DNA of 64,000 bases from a virus (Duplodnaviria; Caudoviricetes), in IMG/VR virus record IMGVR_UViG_3300049043_000164, positions 1,070 through 65,069 of that record, one strand, 5' to 3'. The notes under the pieces were generated by a model. The model searched no databases. It was not told the DNA's origin and saw only the letters and a program-made list of their open reading frames with translations. A program made the position numbers and the translations under genes. Below are positions 44,180-55,278 of this stretch, piece after piece (positions within the stretch are counted from its first letter, which is position 1; each line of letters opens with the position of its first letter).

Positions 44180-44892
44180 TCAGTCGGAGGTTTCAAGTTC
44201 TGGTAAAAACTCTTCTGAATATTGGGATGAAAGATTGTCCATTCCTTTGGTGTGGACGATTCGATTTCGTTTGATGTTGTAGTCTTGTTGGATTTTGACG
44301 CCTTCTGGGAGTCGTTGCCCTTCTTGGTAAGCAATGCGGAGTTTGTCGACATTTGGAATAATTTCTGTTTTGGTTATCGGTGTAGTGGTGCATTCAATTA
44401 CTTCACCACTCATAGAAGTTACCACAGTTTCTTTGGTTGTGGTGACAGTTTGTTGCAAACAAAATTCATTGCGATCCGCTTCTTCCCATTCTTCCACTGG
44501 AATAGAAACCTCTACAGTTAAATCACGTTTTTTGCTAAGAACAAATTCATAATCTTTACCAACAATACGATTGGAATCTATTGGTGCAACACGTCTCAAC
44601 CAATTAATTAGCCCTTTAATCTTAGTAACTTGAGACTCGTGATGTTTGCGTGCTGTTAATAAAAGCTCTTGTTCTTTCTTTGCACGTTCTACCGCATCTT
44701 CGTGGTGCGCCCATGCGTAGTACAGTCTGTCAATTTTTCTGATCGAAGGGAAAGGCATTGCTCAAGTTCAGCTTTGACCAACTCCTGGGACTCAGAAGCC
44801 AATAAAGGAATAGACTTGTCCAGGGCAGCATAGTGTTCGTACAACTTAAAAATACTTAATTCTTTAAGATTTGTTTTGGTGATTTGAGTCAT
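44180..44892 (-). CDS. Gp157/Gam-like coiled-coil protein (frameshift near 44740)
   Basis: LSIFKLYE...SEK(I)DRLYY...ER...L..RK...KIK.L; C-terminal PNVDKL..A..EG..LPEGVKI. Confidence 0.55.
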
Positions 44893-45085
44893 TTGTTGTA
44901 AGAAGTTTTTTGATTGTAGATTCAATATTTTTTAATGCACGTTTATCACCTGATGTTCTAGATGTAGTAATAATTTTTCCAGAAGAATGTTTGAATATAA
45001 GATGACGCTTTTGTCTTAATAATGTAAAGCCATAAGACTTTGCAAGTTCAACAATGCGTTTAGTTGTATCAGAAGTCATTACCAA
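44864..45085 (-). CDS. HicA-like (dsRBD-fold) protein
   Basis: AKSYGF.LLRQKRHLIFKH.SG.IITTS.T..D.RALKNI. Confidence 0.55.
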   Translation of the reverse strand: MVMTSDTTKRIVELAKSYGFTLLRQKRHLIFKHSSGKIITTSRTSGDKRALKNIESTIKKLLTTNDSNHQNKS

Positions 45086-45191
45086 AGTGTGATTGAATTC
45101 TATTAATTACATAGGCCAGCAATGCTCCGCATGCTGTCCAAAGTAAATCTTTAACAATGGGAAGAATAGAACCAAGAATAGCTTCAAACAT
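45069..45191 (-). CDS. 40-aa hydrophobic protein
   Basis: MFEAILGSILPIVKDLLWTACGALLAYVINRIQSHFGNDF; lies downstream of pseudoknot copy 1. Confidence 0.55.
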   Translation of the reverse strand: MFEAILGSILPIVKDLLWTACGALLAYVINRIQSHFGNDF

Positions 45192-45213
45192 GAGTAGTAA
45201 TGAATTTAGTTGA

Positions 45214-45241
45214 TAAGCAGTTTAACGTCGTGCTTAGGACG
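45214..45241 (-). ncRNA. 28-nt pseudoknot leader element, copy 1
   Basis: - strand CGUC C UAAGCA C GACG UUAAAC UGCUUA. Confidence 0.75.
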
Positions 45242-45246
45242 ATAAC

Positions 45247-45609
45247 TTAAGCAACAAAACCAGGAATGGTATTTACAATATTAGAAACATAATCAACCAA
45301 TGCTTCTGTTTTAGCATTAACAGATTTAATTTCTTCCATCAATTCATCCCTGGTAGGACCCATCCCAGGATACTGATAGCGTTTAACTTCTTCGGGAGCA
45401 TGCTCTTGCTGAAACACACGAGCTTTTTCATCTGTTGCATAAGCAATCTCAGAGAACAGATTCCAAGTAAACTTTTCTCCTAATGATGCAAGCTGTACGT
45501 TATGCCTGGCAGCAACAAGAGCAAGTTTATTCAATGCCTGCAAAGCAAAGCTCAGCTCTTCCTTCAAATAATTCAAGGTACTTATCTTCAGGAAGACCGT
45601 AGGTTTCAA
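45247..45609 (-). CDS. hypothetical protein
   Basis: 120 aa ORF; stop 5 nt before pseudoknot copy 1. Confidence 0.5.
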   Translation of the reverse strand: MKPTVFLKISTLNYLKEELSFALQALNKLALVAARHNVQLASLGEKFTWNLFSEIAYATDEKARVFQQEHAPEEVKRYQYPGMGPTRDELMEEIKSVNAKTEALVDYVSNIVNTIPGFVA

Positions 45610-45857
45610 GAGTCATGGTTGTTAAGTGCGTCAGAAATTGCAGCTTGAAGAGAATCGGTAATAAATTGTTTTTGTTTTTCTTCTCCTAAGTTTGTCCACC
45701 ACTGGAGATCAGCATCATCTTCATCCCATTCAATTACGATAGTACCAGCTCCATCTTCTTCTTCTTCAATGTACTTAATGTTAAGTTTAAATACAGAAGC
45801 AGGATCAGCACATTCAAACTGCATTTGAGTCACATACTCTTTGTTTGTGTTTTCCAT
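45606..45857 (-). CDS. hypothetical acidic protein
   Basis: 83 aa ORF. Confidence 0.5.
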   Translation of the reverse strand: MENTNKEYVTQMQFECADPASVFKLNIKYIEEEEDGAGTIVIEWDEDDADLQWWTNLGEEKQKQFITDSLQAAISDALNNHDS

Positions 45858-46795
45858 GCGTTTTTTAATTGAGGAAGAGAAGTACCTGGAAATGGAACAA
45901 ATCCATTTTCTAACATGTTATCAAATAAATCCCAAACATGTTTTTGAGTGAAGACTTCTTTTGGTTTGTAGGTACGCCAAGCTTTAAGTGGAGCCATAGA
46001 GCCTTGTTTGGTGTATAGAACAATAAACCGCCCTTCATCTGATTTACCTTCTGGCGGCGCATACCACCAGGCCACAGCGTTTTCTGAAACTTGACCACGG
46101 CATTGCGAACGGACTTCACCACGTTTAACAAGAAGCTGACGATAACGTTGCATCCATGTTAAATGAATACACCAAGGTTTGTAACCTTCAATCTCAGTTT
46201 GAAACGTAGAAAGATTTTCTAATTGCCTTTGGAACGAACCACAAGAGCAGTATGGACTTGCCTGCAATTTCTGTACGCCATCAATTTCAGCATCCGACTC
46301 TGGTTCAGGAGCATCAAAGTCAATGGCATCATTAATCTCATGGAAACCATCAGGGGCAACCAGGTGCCCAAGATCAGTTTGATCTGATTGAAGTAACTGA
46401 ACAAGCTTGGTTCGATCTGAGATGTGAATAAATTTATCAACCCACGCACGCTGTATTTGCGCAGATTGCGAAAGGTATCCCAATTTATGGCTGTAGTGCC
46501 AACCTTTAAACATGATGTAGGCATTGTTTCGCCAGATTGATGGTCCACGATAGTTAGGCCCAAGATAGGAAAAGAAGTCTTTTAAACGAAAAGTAAACTG
46601 CTGGTACGCAGCTTTAACTAACTGCCTGTCATAAGTTTGTTTAGTACCATCATTACGCACTACAGTAACAAGAGTATCTTGTAAATGAATTGCAGCAATT
46701 TCAGTGTCATCAAACCCTGGAAATGCACGCCGTAAATTACTCTTGGTATAAATAAACTGTTGAGCTTGATTAAGTTGAGTAATTAATTCAGTCAT
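45830..46795 (-). CDS. SWIM zinc-finger-containing protein
   Basis: YCSCGSF...WCIH. Confidence 0.6.
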   Translation of the reverse strand: MTELITQLNQAQQFIYTKSNLRRAFPGFDDTEIAAIHLQDTLVTVVRNDGTKQTYDRQLVKAAYQQFTFRLKDFFSYLGPNYRGPSIWRNNAYIMFKGWHYSHKLGYLSQSAQIQRAWVDKFIHISDRTKLVQLLQSDQTDLGHLVAPDGFHEINDAIDFDAPEPESDAEIDGVQKLQASPYCSCGSFQRQLENLSTFQTEIEGYKPWCIHLTWMQRYRQLLVKRGEVRSQCRGQVSENAVAWWYAPPEGKSDEGRFIVLYTKQGSMAPLKAWRTYKPKEVFTQKHVWDLFDNMLENGFVPFPGTSLPQLKNAWKTQTKSM

Positions 46796-47011
46796 TGTTT
46801 TGATGTTGAATTGTATTTGGAATTGTTGTATACATCTTTAGTGATGCGATACGTACCCCAGATAGCAATAGCCATAGCTGCGGGCGTGCCTAGCATAGCA
46901 GCAATTGTGCCAGCAGCCAACCCAGTTGTTAGTCCTGCGGTAAATGCTGCCTTGTCTTCTGGTTTCATTTGTTTAGTTGTGTGTAGAATTAATTATCCTC
47001 CATGGTTAATT

Positions 47012-47275
47012 ATGGAAGAACATTACGTACCACTCAGTAAGTTTGATATTGAACCATCAATTGATGATTTATTTTGGGAAGAAAAAATTAAACGCTCAAT
47101 TCAGGATTGTAATTCCGTAAATGCATTGAAAGAAATGGCGACCCTTTTAGCAAGGATCGCCACACAACGTCAAGCTGTAATTAGAGGGTTAGTTAAAGAC
47201 ATCCATCTATTTAACAATGTGTTAATTGATACAAATGACATTGCTAACCCTGAACTTAAAACTCAAAAAGAATAG
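47012..47275 (+). CDS. small helical protein, possibly a divergent NblA
   Basis: IEPSIDDLFWEEKIKRSIQ...ALKEMATLLARIATQRQAVIRGLV; lone + strand gene in a - strand run. Confidence 0.4.
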   Translation: MEEHYVPLSKFDIEPSIDDLFWEEKIKRSIQDCNSVNALKEMATLLARIATQRQAVIRGLVKDIHLFNNVLIDTNDIANPELKTQKE

Positions 47276-48266
47276 TTTTCTCCTGTATCAGGATCTTGTG
47301 CAGATGCCAAGAGCTTAGCATCTACATCATTACCCCTGGACGCAGGAAGAATTTCAACTCCTTCTTTAATACCATAGGCACCACCTAATTTTTCAGCATC
47401 TTGTTTTGCGTGTTGATTGATGTAATCTTCAAACATCTCTTGGAATTTCCAAGTAGATTCCCGATCTTCATCAGGAATTGACATTTGATTCAATGATTCG
47501 ACAGCGGCTTCTTGGCTGCTGTAATCAGGGATACCAAAAGATTCAATTGCGCAGATCTCAACGTTGTTGGCGCCACGCATCTCATTGGCAAGTACTGGAG
47601 TAAATACGGTAGTGGCGTAAAACTTTTCATTGAATGCTAATGGAATTTCAGAATCCAGTGCTTTGCTCAAACACTTAGACATTTCTTTTTCATACAATTT
47701 AATTTTGTCAGCAGCATCTGTACCATTCAATCCCTTCAAAGTAAGGACCATTGGAATCTTATGTGCACGCTTATTCTCTTGCGTCAAAATATAAACAAGA
47801 TATTTTGTACGTACACTGTACCTACGCTTGTACATCTCTCCCTTGCTGTTAGCAAGATCAGATGCAGTTTTATCAGCTTCAAACAATTCTTTAACGGCTG
47901 GATCTTCAAAGGTACCAATCGTTTGCCTCATCCCTGTGGTTTCCTCAACCATAAGGGGAGAACGTAAAAGGATTTGAATTCGAGGCTCAGTAAAATTAAG
48001 TCCTTCTTCAACTGAAGTATTGGGAGCCATACCAAAAGTTTGCTTGTAGTTCCAGATAACTGAACCCTTAGCAAATTGATCTTCAGTGGCACTCCATCCA
48101 CAAGCATCAAGGTCTGAGTTCCGCACGAACCAACCTCGTGTTTTAGACTTGTTAAGGGGTTGAATTGTGACGAGGTTTTGATATCCCGATACAAACTTTT
48201 TGTCTTGAAAAAGTTTAAAAGATTCCAGCCCACGGTAGCTAGCGCAGATGTCTTTTTAGTAGTCAT
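47263..48266 (-). CDS. DUF5895-like cyanobacterial/phage protein (frameshifted)
   Basis: GWFVR..DL..CGW; GL.F..PR..IL.RSPL; RTKYLVYIL...N...H.IP.VLTLKG..G. Confidence 0.55.
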
Positions 48267-48372
48267 AACTTTTGCAGAAGTTTTAATAGTAGGTTCAGAA
48301 GTTTTTTAGTGTCAGAATCAGGTTGTCTCAGAGCATCAAGAATGGAGGTCATGATAGTTTTTTGTTGAGTGA

Positions 48373-48400
48373 TAAGCAGTTTAACGTCATGCTTAGGACG
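48373..48400 (-). ncRNA. 28-nt pseudoknot leader element, copy 2
   Basis: - strand CGUC C UAAGCA U GACG UUAAAC UGCUUA. Confidence 0.75.
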
Positions 48401-48736
48401 ATCAATCAAATCAAGATTATCAAGATTTCTTTAATTTTTACAAGCGCTTTTTGAGTATCTCTATATTCTTCAACAATTTCTTCCATGTAACTCATTGCAA
48501 ATTCTTTGGAAAACCCACAGCCGCTCATGAAGTTAATAAAAGAATCAATAACACCTGATCCAAGATTGGTATTAAATGAAACCATATAAGTAGTTTCATC
48601 ATCAATGTGTTTGAAGTTCGTAGTGATTGTAAATAGTCATTGGATTTAAAACGGAGGATCAGAGTCGTCGTTAACGCCGGACATAGCATAGCCTGGAAGG
48701 TCAGGAAGGGATGAGCCGTTTTGAGCCCCCCATGGT

Positions 48737-49459
48737 TCAGCAAGATCCTCTGCAACCTTGCCACCCCACAGAGCTACCGACATCCGTAGAAGATGCAACG
48801 GTTGTTTGAGCTGTGATTGGTTTTGATTCTGTGTTTCCCTTGGGAGCCAAAGTCATTGACACCAATTGAAGTTTAGTTAAATTCTTTTTCTCTTTAGTTT
48901 CTTTATCTACCCAAGAGTCAGTAACCAATTTCCCTTGAATAGTAAGACCAATTCCTTTACGCGTAAAGTTAACTAGCAGCTCTGCATTGTTTAACTTATC
49001 TTCTGCTGTATTAATTGCATAGAAGTTAAACAGATCTGCTTGATTCCTTCCTGTATTAACAGAAAGTGTTTGATTACAAATCATCAAACCATCTGCAGTT
49101 GTTTTAAATGCACGTGCATCTTCTTGATCAATATCTTTAACACAACGACCACTAAGAATAACAGTATTCAAAATTGGAAATGTAGTATCAACTTGAGTAA
49201 CAATTCCTCCTTGCAATGAATAAGTTTTGGAATTTAAATCATATCTAAGTTTTGAGCCATGAATGTAAATCTGTGCATTTGCCGGTACACGAGCAAAACG
49301 CTCAGCAGCTTTACCGTAGATACTAAGTTGAATTGGAGTTGGGGCTTTATTGCCTACAGGTGGCAATAAAAGATTACATACAGTTACAAAAGAATTTTCG
49401 CTAATAGCTTTTTCTTTTGGAACATCAATGGTTTGAGCACAAAGAAATGAAAGATTCAT
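48737..49459 (-). CDS. ssb: single-stranded DNA-binding protein with tandem OB folds
   Basis: N.VILSGRCVKD...NFTRKGIGLTIQGKLVTDSWVDKET.EKK; a second OB-like N-terminal half (IYGKAAE). Confidence 0.75.
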   Translation of the reverse strand: MNLSFLCAQTIDVPKEKAISENSFVTVCNLLLPPVGNKAPTPIQLSIYGKAAERFARVPANAQIYIHGSKLRYDLNSKTYSLQGGIVTQVDTTFPILNTVILSGRCVKDIDQEDARAFKTTADGLMICNQTLSVNTGRNQADLFNFYAINTAEDKLNNAELLVNFTRKGIGLTIQGKLVTDSWVDKETKEKKNLTKLQLVSMTLAPKGNTESKPITAQTTVASSTDVGSSVGWQGCRGSC

Positions 49460-49479
49460 TGGATCAGATGTTAGGTGGT

Positions 49480-49507
49480 AAGGCAGTTTAACGTCATACC
49501 TGGGACG
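49480..49507 (-). ncRNA. 28-nt pseudoknot leader element, copy 3 (ssb leader)
   Basis: - strand CGUC C CAGGUA U GACG UUAAAC UGCCUU (U-G wobble). Confidence 0.7.
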
Positions 49508-49513
49508 GAATCA

Positions 49514-49756
49514 TTACTTAATATTATTTAACTCTTCTGTACTTGCAATTTTTGTAACGTCATAATAACCATAACGCCCTTTAGCACTAACACGATAAAG
49601 ATAATTACCGTCTTGAATTAACTCGCTGCTATATGGAATTCTGCTAGCCATATCATCGACTTCATTCTTAAGAGCTCTTGCTTCATCAGATTTTTTTTGA
49701 TACTTTTTCCAAGCAATAAACAATTGTTTAAGAGTAGGTTTGCGTTTGGTTGTCAT
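49514..49756 (-). CDS. hypothetical protein
   Basis: 80 aa ORF. Confidence 0.55.
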   Translation of the reverse strand: MTTKRKPTLKQLFIAWKKYQKKSDEARALKNEVDDMASRIPYSSELIQDGNYLYRVSAKGRYGYYDVTKIASTEELNNIK

Positions 49757-51630
49757 TAGTGAGTATCAAACCATGTGTATCCTACCTTGGCATCGCCTTC
49801 AATAGGGCAACGGAATCCAAAGAATTGTTGCGCTGCGGGAAATGCATTTAACGCATGGTCCTTTAATGTTTCTACAAGATTTGGTTTACAGCTAATTTGA
49901 ATTTCATCATGGATCATTGCATTCTGTTGCCAATCAATTCCATATTGATAGTTAGTTTTCTCCATTGACTTATGTAAATTAATAACAACTTGTTTCATGA
50001 TTAATGCACCAGAAGATTGCAACAATACATTTAATCCTTTAAATTCAGATCTACAATAAAGAATACGTTTGTCTAATCCATACAACCAACCACGTTGTTG
50101 AATAGATGAAGAAATTTCACTTTTCAATCTTTTTAAAGCTGGTAAACCACGCATGAATGAATTAATTGCATTACTTCCTAATTCACGTAGAACTTCTGCA
50201 TCTTTTTCATTCGGATCAATAATTGTTCCAGCCTTTAAAGATCCACATCCATAAGCAATTCCATAGAGAAGACGTTTGCTTATGTCCCTGGTAGCAACAC
50301 CAAACATGTTTTGATTGTATGTATGAATATCAATATCTGGATTAGTTACAACAGATGCATATTCTCCGTTATCCCATAAAGCAAGATATCCAGCAAGGCA
50401 ACGTAACTCAAGTGCTTTGGCATCAACACCAATGAGAGACCACCCGTCAGGAGCATGGAATAAACTACGACACTCTTTTCCATATGATGAGTAAGCTGCT
50501 GGAACCTGACCCATATTTGGATTACGGTGTGCACAACGACCAGTAATGCAACCGTTAGTAACAAGATCACCGTGGATACAACTGGTGTCATTGTTAACAA
50601 GTTTTAGCCAAGCATTGTTACCATCAGCAATTTGACCAAGACGTTTTTCAATCAACATATATTCCGCCAATGGTTTAGCTTCTGGATACGGCAACTTTTC
50701 AATGACTTCATCATCAAGAATTGGATTACCTTTCTTGGTTAATTTTTCAGGTTGCCACCCGTACTTTTGTTTTAATCGATCAGTAATTTGCTGCCTGGAT
50801 CCAGGATTAAACTCTTCTATCTCTTACTTTTTCAAATGGAACACCTTTAACATAACCACGAGTTTTGTTATTTACTTTTGGTACAAATACTTCTTTATGT
50901 TCAATAGGTGGAAAAATTTCTTTTAAGTGTGTTGCAAGCTTTTGTTTCTTTTGTTCGGAGATCATCCACCAAATCAATACATGCATCAACATCAAAAGGA
51001 AAACCTGATCTAATTTGTCTTTCAATTGCCAAAGCAAAGTCATGCTCAAGTTTGAGCGCTGGTTCTGGATATTTTTGTTTTTGGATGTGCTGAAATAGTT
51101 TGTAGGTAACTGATACGTCTTGCCGACAATAAGTCGCCATCTCTTCTGAGTATTCAGAAAAATCCTTGAAGTCAATTTTGTAATCTGATAGACGATGACC
51201 CCAAGCTTTGAGCGATGCTGAACCACACAAGTTCTTTGGAACCTGCGTATATTGTTCTGTATCAAGTTCATAGAGTTTTTCCTTAGGCCAAATGAGTCGA
51301 GTACAAATAAGTGTGTCAATAATTCGTGCTGCACGAAATGAATAAAATGGATACAGTTTTTTAATTACAGCAAGGTCATAAAACAATAATATTATGGCCT
51401 ATTAATACATGACCGCGAGCCAGACACTCAAGAGCATCGTTAATGCAGTCAGGCCCATAAGTAGTAGTTTTGTTTCCGTAGATATCATGGATGACAATGC
51501 AGTGAATCTTAGTAACTTTGTCATAAAGATTATCAGATTCAATATCAAATACTAACCAGCGTTTAGTGTCTGAATTTGCCTTCATCGCAAACGTAGAGTT
51601 CTTCACTGGCGAGATCTGGTGCATTGTCAT
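49756..51630 (-). CDS. polA: family A DNA polymerase, T7-like, with 3'-5' exonuclease (frameshifted)
   Basis: VFDIES; GHNI; DTL; YCRQDV; TGRCAHRNPNMGQVP; DAKALELR; DIH; KRLLYGIAYG; LNVLLQSSGA; IHDE. Confidence 0.92.
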
Positions 51631-51797
51631 TAATCCAATCTAAGATTTGTGTTGCGCCAATCCTGTATGGATGGCAAAAAACTTTAGCTAAATCTGAATC
51701 AGATTCTACAGGAATTAAAACAAAAGAGTTTGTATTTGTCTCTGCACGAATGCAGTAATTTACATTGTCTTTACTTGTAGTAATAACGTAAGGCATA
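51563..51797 (-). CDS. hypothetical protein
   Basis: ORF from MPYVIT. Confidence 0.5.
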
Positions 51798-51999
51798 AAA
51801 GATTCAGGAAAGCCTGTTAAATAATACAAGCTTTCCTGTTGATTGCAACTATGTCATGACATCAATATTTTACTTTTTGTAACCAGTCCACTTGTTTTCT
51901 TTACGTCGTTTAGTTAATGCCTTCTGTGCATCTGACCCTTTACGTTGCACATTGTGAACAAGAAGAGCAAACGAATTATGACCAAAGCAATGATCATCG

Positions 52000-52632
52000 T
52001 CACTGATCAATCTCTAGTCCCATTTGCTCAGCCTGTTCTTCTGTGTATACCACATAAGCAACACGATAGAACACTTCTGGATACCTGGGAATCAAGTAAT
52101 CAAGAGTGCCGCCTACTGATGCAGTTAAGTACATGTTATCGGGAATCTCATTACGTTTTTCATACCACATTCCCAATGACTTTGTATATGCATACAATTT
52201 AAGTGTGGGGTTGTTACGTGCAACTTGCAACCAAGCATTGAAATACACCTGAGTCCAGAAGTCACCAGATTCATGAATGCGCAATAAATCATATTTAGAT
52301 TTAACAGGTTGCGCTTCATCAATTGAATGTTGAATCAAGGCAACAAGAGCGTCAGTCGGGTTGTCTGAAGCATACATGACCTCCTTGATTAGATCCCAGT
52401 TATGCCATCGACTATCACGAACGGCAGGTCTGGTTTCTGCCATAGCAGCAAAACAGCGATAGTCTTGCCAACTCGGACCATTTTCCTGGGGCAGATCAGT
52501 AATCTTTCCTGTGGTTCGATCAGCTAGTGTTTTACATACACCAGCGTGTGGACATGAATAGCCAGCAGGTAAACTAAAGATCAAACGTTTACCAAGCTTG
52601 GCATTACCAGTTGAAAAGTTAAGTAGTTTCAT
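52000..52632 (-). CDS. Gene88/GP88-like protein (radical-SAM-related fold)
   Basis: GNAKL...FSLPAGYSCP..G.C...CFA; RIHESGDF; YAYTKS. Confidence 0.7.
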   Translation of the reverse strand: MKLLNFSTGNAKLGKRLIFSLPAGYSCPHAGVCKTLADRTTGKITDLPQENGPSWQDYRCFAAMAETRPAVRDSRWHNWDLIKEVMYASDNPTDALVALIQHSIDEAQPVKSKYDLLRIHESGDFWTQVYFNAWLQVARNNPTLKLYAYTKSLGMWYEKRNEIPDNMYLTASVGGTLDYLIPRYPEVFYRVAYVVYTEEQAEQMGLEIDQ

Positions 52633-52679
52633 TAGTAATAAGTTAAGTTGAATACAAACACATTAGTAAAACTAATATG

Positions 52680-52707
52680 TAGATAGTTTAACGTCATATC
52701 CAGGACG
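52680..52707 (-). ncRNA. 28-nt pseudoknot leader element, copy 4
   Basis: - strand CGUC C UGGAUA U GACG UUAAAC UAUCUA (G-U wobble). Confidence 0.7.
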
Positions 52708-52887
52708 TAAGTGTAACACTACAAACTACATAAATCATGTAATCAATGTACAGTATTTGTAACAATAGATACAAAAGGATTAATTAGATGAAAACTGGAT
52801 TCATTATTTATTTAACCAACAAGAAAGCAAAAGAAGTTCGTAAAAATATTGAGCTTTCTCATGCAGCAAAACAATTAAGCAAACAAC

Positions 52888-53136
52888 CTACTGCTGTAAT
52901 GTAAGTTCTCCCATACGTTGTTCCCATTCTGCAGCCATGATTGCAGCAGAACGTAACGTAGTACTGAGTTTAATTGGTTTCATATCTTTCCAACAAGCAT
53001 AACGAATTGCTTGTCTAAATCCCATAGAGATATTGCCGTCACCTAATTTACGTGCAGCTTCAATCTCTTCTCTTGTCATGCGAATATTTACTGTGTAGTT
53101 ACGCCCTTTGTTTTTAGGTTGACGATCGCTTGGCAT
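52888..53136 (-). CDS. small putative DNA-binding (RHH-like) protein
   Basis: TVNIRMTREEIEAARKLGDGNISMGFR.A. Confidence 0.5.
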   Translation of the reverse strand: MPSDRQPKNKGRNYTVNIRMTREEIEAARKLGDGNISMGFRQAIRYACWKDMKPIKLSTTLRSAAIMAAEWEQRMGELTLQQ

Positions 53137-53449
53137 TGAATTAATTCTTGTAGAGGTTTGCAGTGTATTCCTCAAGGATTTGAGGTAACTCAGATTCAAA
53201 ACAAAGGCGTGCTTGTGCATGCTCACCTGTTGTATTGTTATCCCATTTCACTTGGTAATAAGTAGACTTAATACCATTGCGATTTTGTTTTTGACAAACA
53301 GAAACAATTATTCCATAGCGTTGTTTACAGTTCTTTGCAACAATTTCAGATTTCCAATTTGAAATGTAGGCAATAAATGTTGCTTTAGGTTTTTCAGCCA
53401 CTCGGTCCCCTGGTTGAAAACGCACAAACTTTTTGTGTTTACCCATTGA

Positions 53450-53662
53450 TTTGTTGTTTAATAAATGGTCTTTTACTTTTCCAAGACAATTGATACTTGG
53501 AAATTTCAACTTCGGGATACTGCAATGTATACCACCCAGATGATTACAACTATTACATTTTCTGCGTTGTATCAAATGACCGTTGTCATCTTGAGTGGTA
53601 GAAACAATGTACGTAAGTTTTAAATTGCATTGAGGACATGCAGTTTGTACAGCAGGCATCAC
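53450..53662 (-). CDS. NrdR-N-like zinc-ribbon protein (approximate; fused to the next ORF by indels)
   Basis: CPQC...IVST...QRRKCNSCNH. Confidence 0.45.
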
Positions 53663-54503
53663 TTTGTTTCAGTAAGTTCGTCAACAAGAATTGGTAAATA
53701 ATTTTCAAGCCATACTTCAACAGACTGTTGATCTTCAGCAGCAATCTTAGTTAATTTCCAAAATGTATCTTTATCAATTTCAAGATAAAGACGCATATCT
53801 CTATTAGTTAGAGTCATAAATTCAAGAGTAGATTTAAGTGTTGGATGTTGATTAAACATAGTTAATCATCAAGTTGTTCCACAAGCACGGCGAAGAATGT
53901 TTTCATGAGCAGCATCTAGGTTTGCATCATCCAAAATAATCAGCGCCTGCTCCTTCAAGCTCGGCGGTTTTCGGACGGCGAAACGTTGCGAAGACCTTGA
54001 CGATCTTGTTCATACATCAGATACTCACAACATGCATCCAGCTCCTGGTTAGCAGCCCAAGTGGTAGCTACTTCAACAAGCCAGCAAAGGCCAGTTTCAT
54101 CGTAACCAGTGGTATTGCGAACTGTACTAATCCACTGTTCTATTAACTCAGGCGGTGGAGTAATTGCGTTGTGGTCAGTCATTGTTTGGTTGTGTAATTT
54201 CGTTGAGTTGTAAAGCGTCAAGTAAATATACAGTTTGTTCTTCACCTAAAATCTTAAAAGAATCAACAATCAAATCTTGATTGTGTTCATTAAGCTAGTA
54301 ATAATCATCAAGAATTTCAATAGCACGGGCATCACCAGTTGGATTACCGTTAGCTTTTCAAGAATGTGAGTTGGCATTGCATCTACAATTGCATCGATTA
54401 ATTGTTCTTTAACAAGACTCCAGCTTTGAATAGGAATGTGTTTACATACTTGATCAACTAAATCCAAATTGATTGGTGGGCTTGGTTTGTTTGAAATCAT
54501 ATG

Positions 54504-54524
54504 AAAAGCCCCCATTGCTGGGGC
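54504..54524 (-). terminator. probable intrinsic terminator
   Basis: - strand GCCCCAGCAATGGGGGC followed by TTTT. Confidence 0.45.
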
Positions 54525-54932
54525 ACCGAACACATGAATAGATTAAGCTGCTTGTGCACTGGTGTCAATTGCTTTACCAACGACTCCAGACTCTTTTAAT
54601 CTATCAAGCATTTGACACATGATTGTTGCATGTTCGTGAGTCTTTTCCATAAAGGCCATAGCACGTTCCGCACTGATCGTGTGGACAGTGCCATTGGCTT
54701 CTGTGTATTGCCAACTACCATCGGTTGTGGCTGACCCTGGAGAGCAAGACGCTCTGAGTTACGAACGTACCTAAGTTCTAGATTGTGTGAATCAGTCAGA
54801 CCCTCTGGATCTGTCCAAGTAAGTCCGAGGTTATAACGCTTGTCCTCATCCATGAAAGCATGGGGTTGAGGAATGAGATGTTTAACAACAGAAAAGATTG
54901 ACATGATAGTTAAGTTAATTTAAATGTGTATT

Positions 54933-55018
54933 TGGTAGAGATGGTGGGACTCGAACCCACACGACCAAAGGTCAACGCATTTTAAGTGCGTAGCGGCTAC
55001 CGATTACGCCACATCTCC
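54933..55018 (-). tRNA. tRNA-Leu(TAA)
   Basis: Acceptor GGAGATG/CATCTCT, anticodon arm ACGCA-CTTAAAA-TGCGT, long variable arm GACC-TTT-GGTC, T-arm GTGGG-TTCGAGT-CCCAC, encoded ACCA end. Confidence 0.92.
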
Positions 55019-55228
55019 ATCACTTGGATTTACACTCACATCAATTGATGTGTGATACCAAGTGTGATCACTGGGCAAGACTTCCATACCATAAGCCCAC
55101 GTATCGTAATCTTCTTCGTTACGCGGATCTTCTTCAATCAATACATAGTGAGGTGAGTTGTCGTGAATAAATTCTCCAATGTTTGCCATGGCCATGGCTA
55201 GGAGTTGATCGTCTGTGTAGTTAGTCAT
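55004..55228 (-). CDS. acidic hypothetical protein
   Basis: 74 aa ORF; its last codons overlap the tRNA 5' end. Confidence 0.5.
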   Translation of the reverse strand: MTNYTDDQLLAMAMANIGEFIHDNSPHYVLIEEDPRNEEDYDTWAYGMEVLPSDHTWYHTSIDVSVNPSDGDVA

Positions 55229-55278
55229 TGGATAAGGCCAGCCTTACTCAATGAATAAGACTGGCCAGCCTGTGGGGG

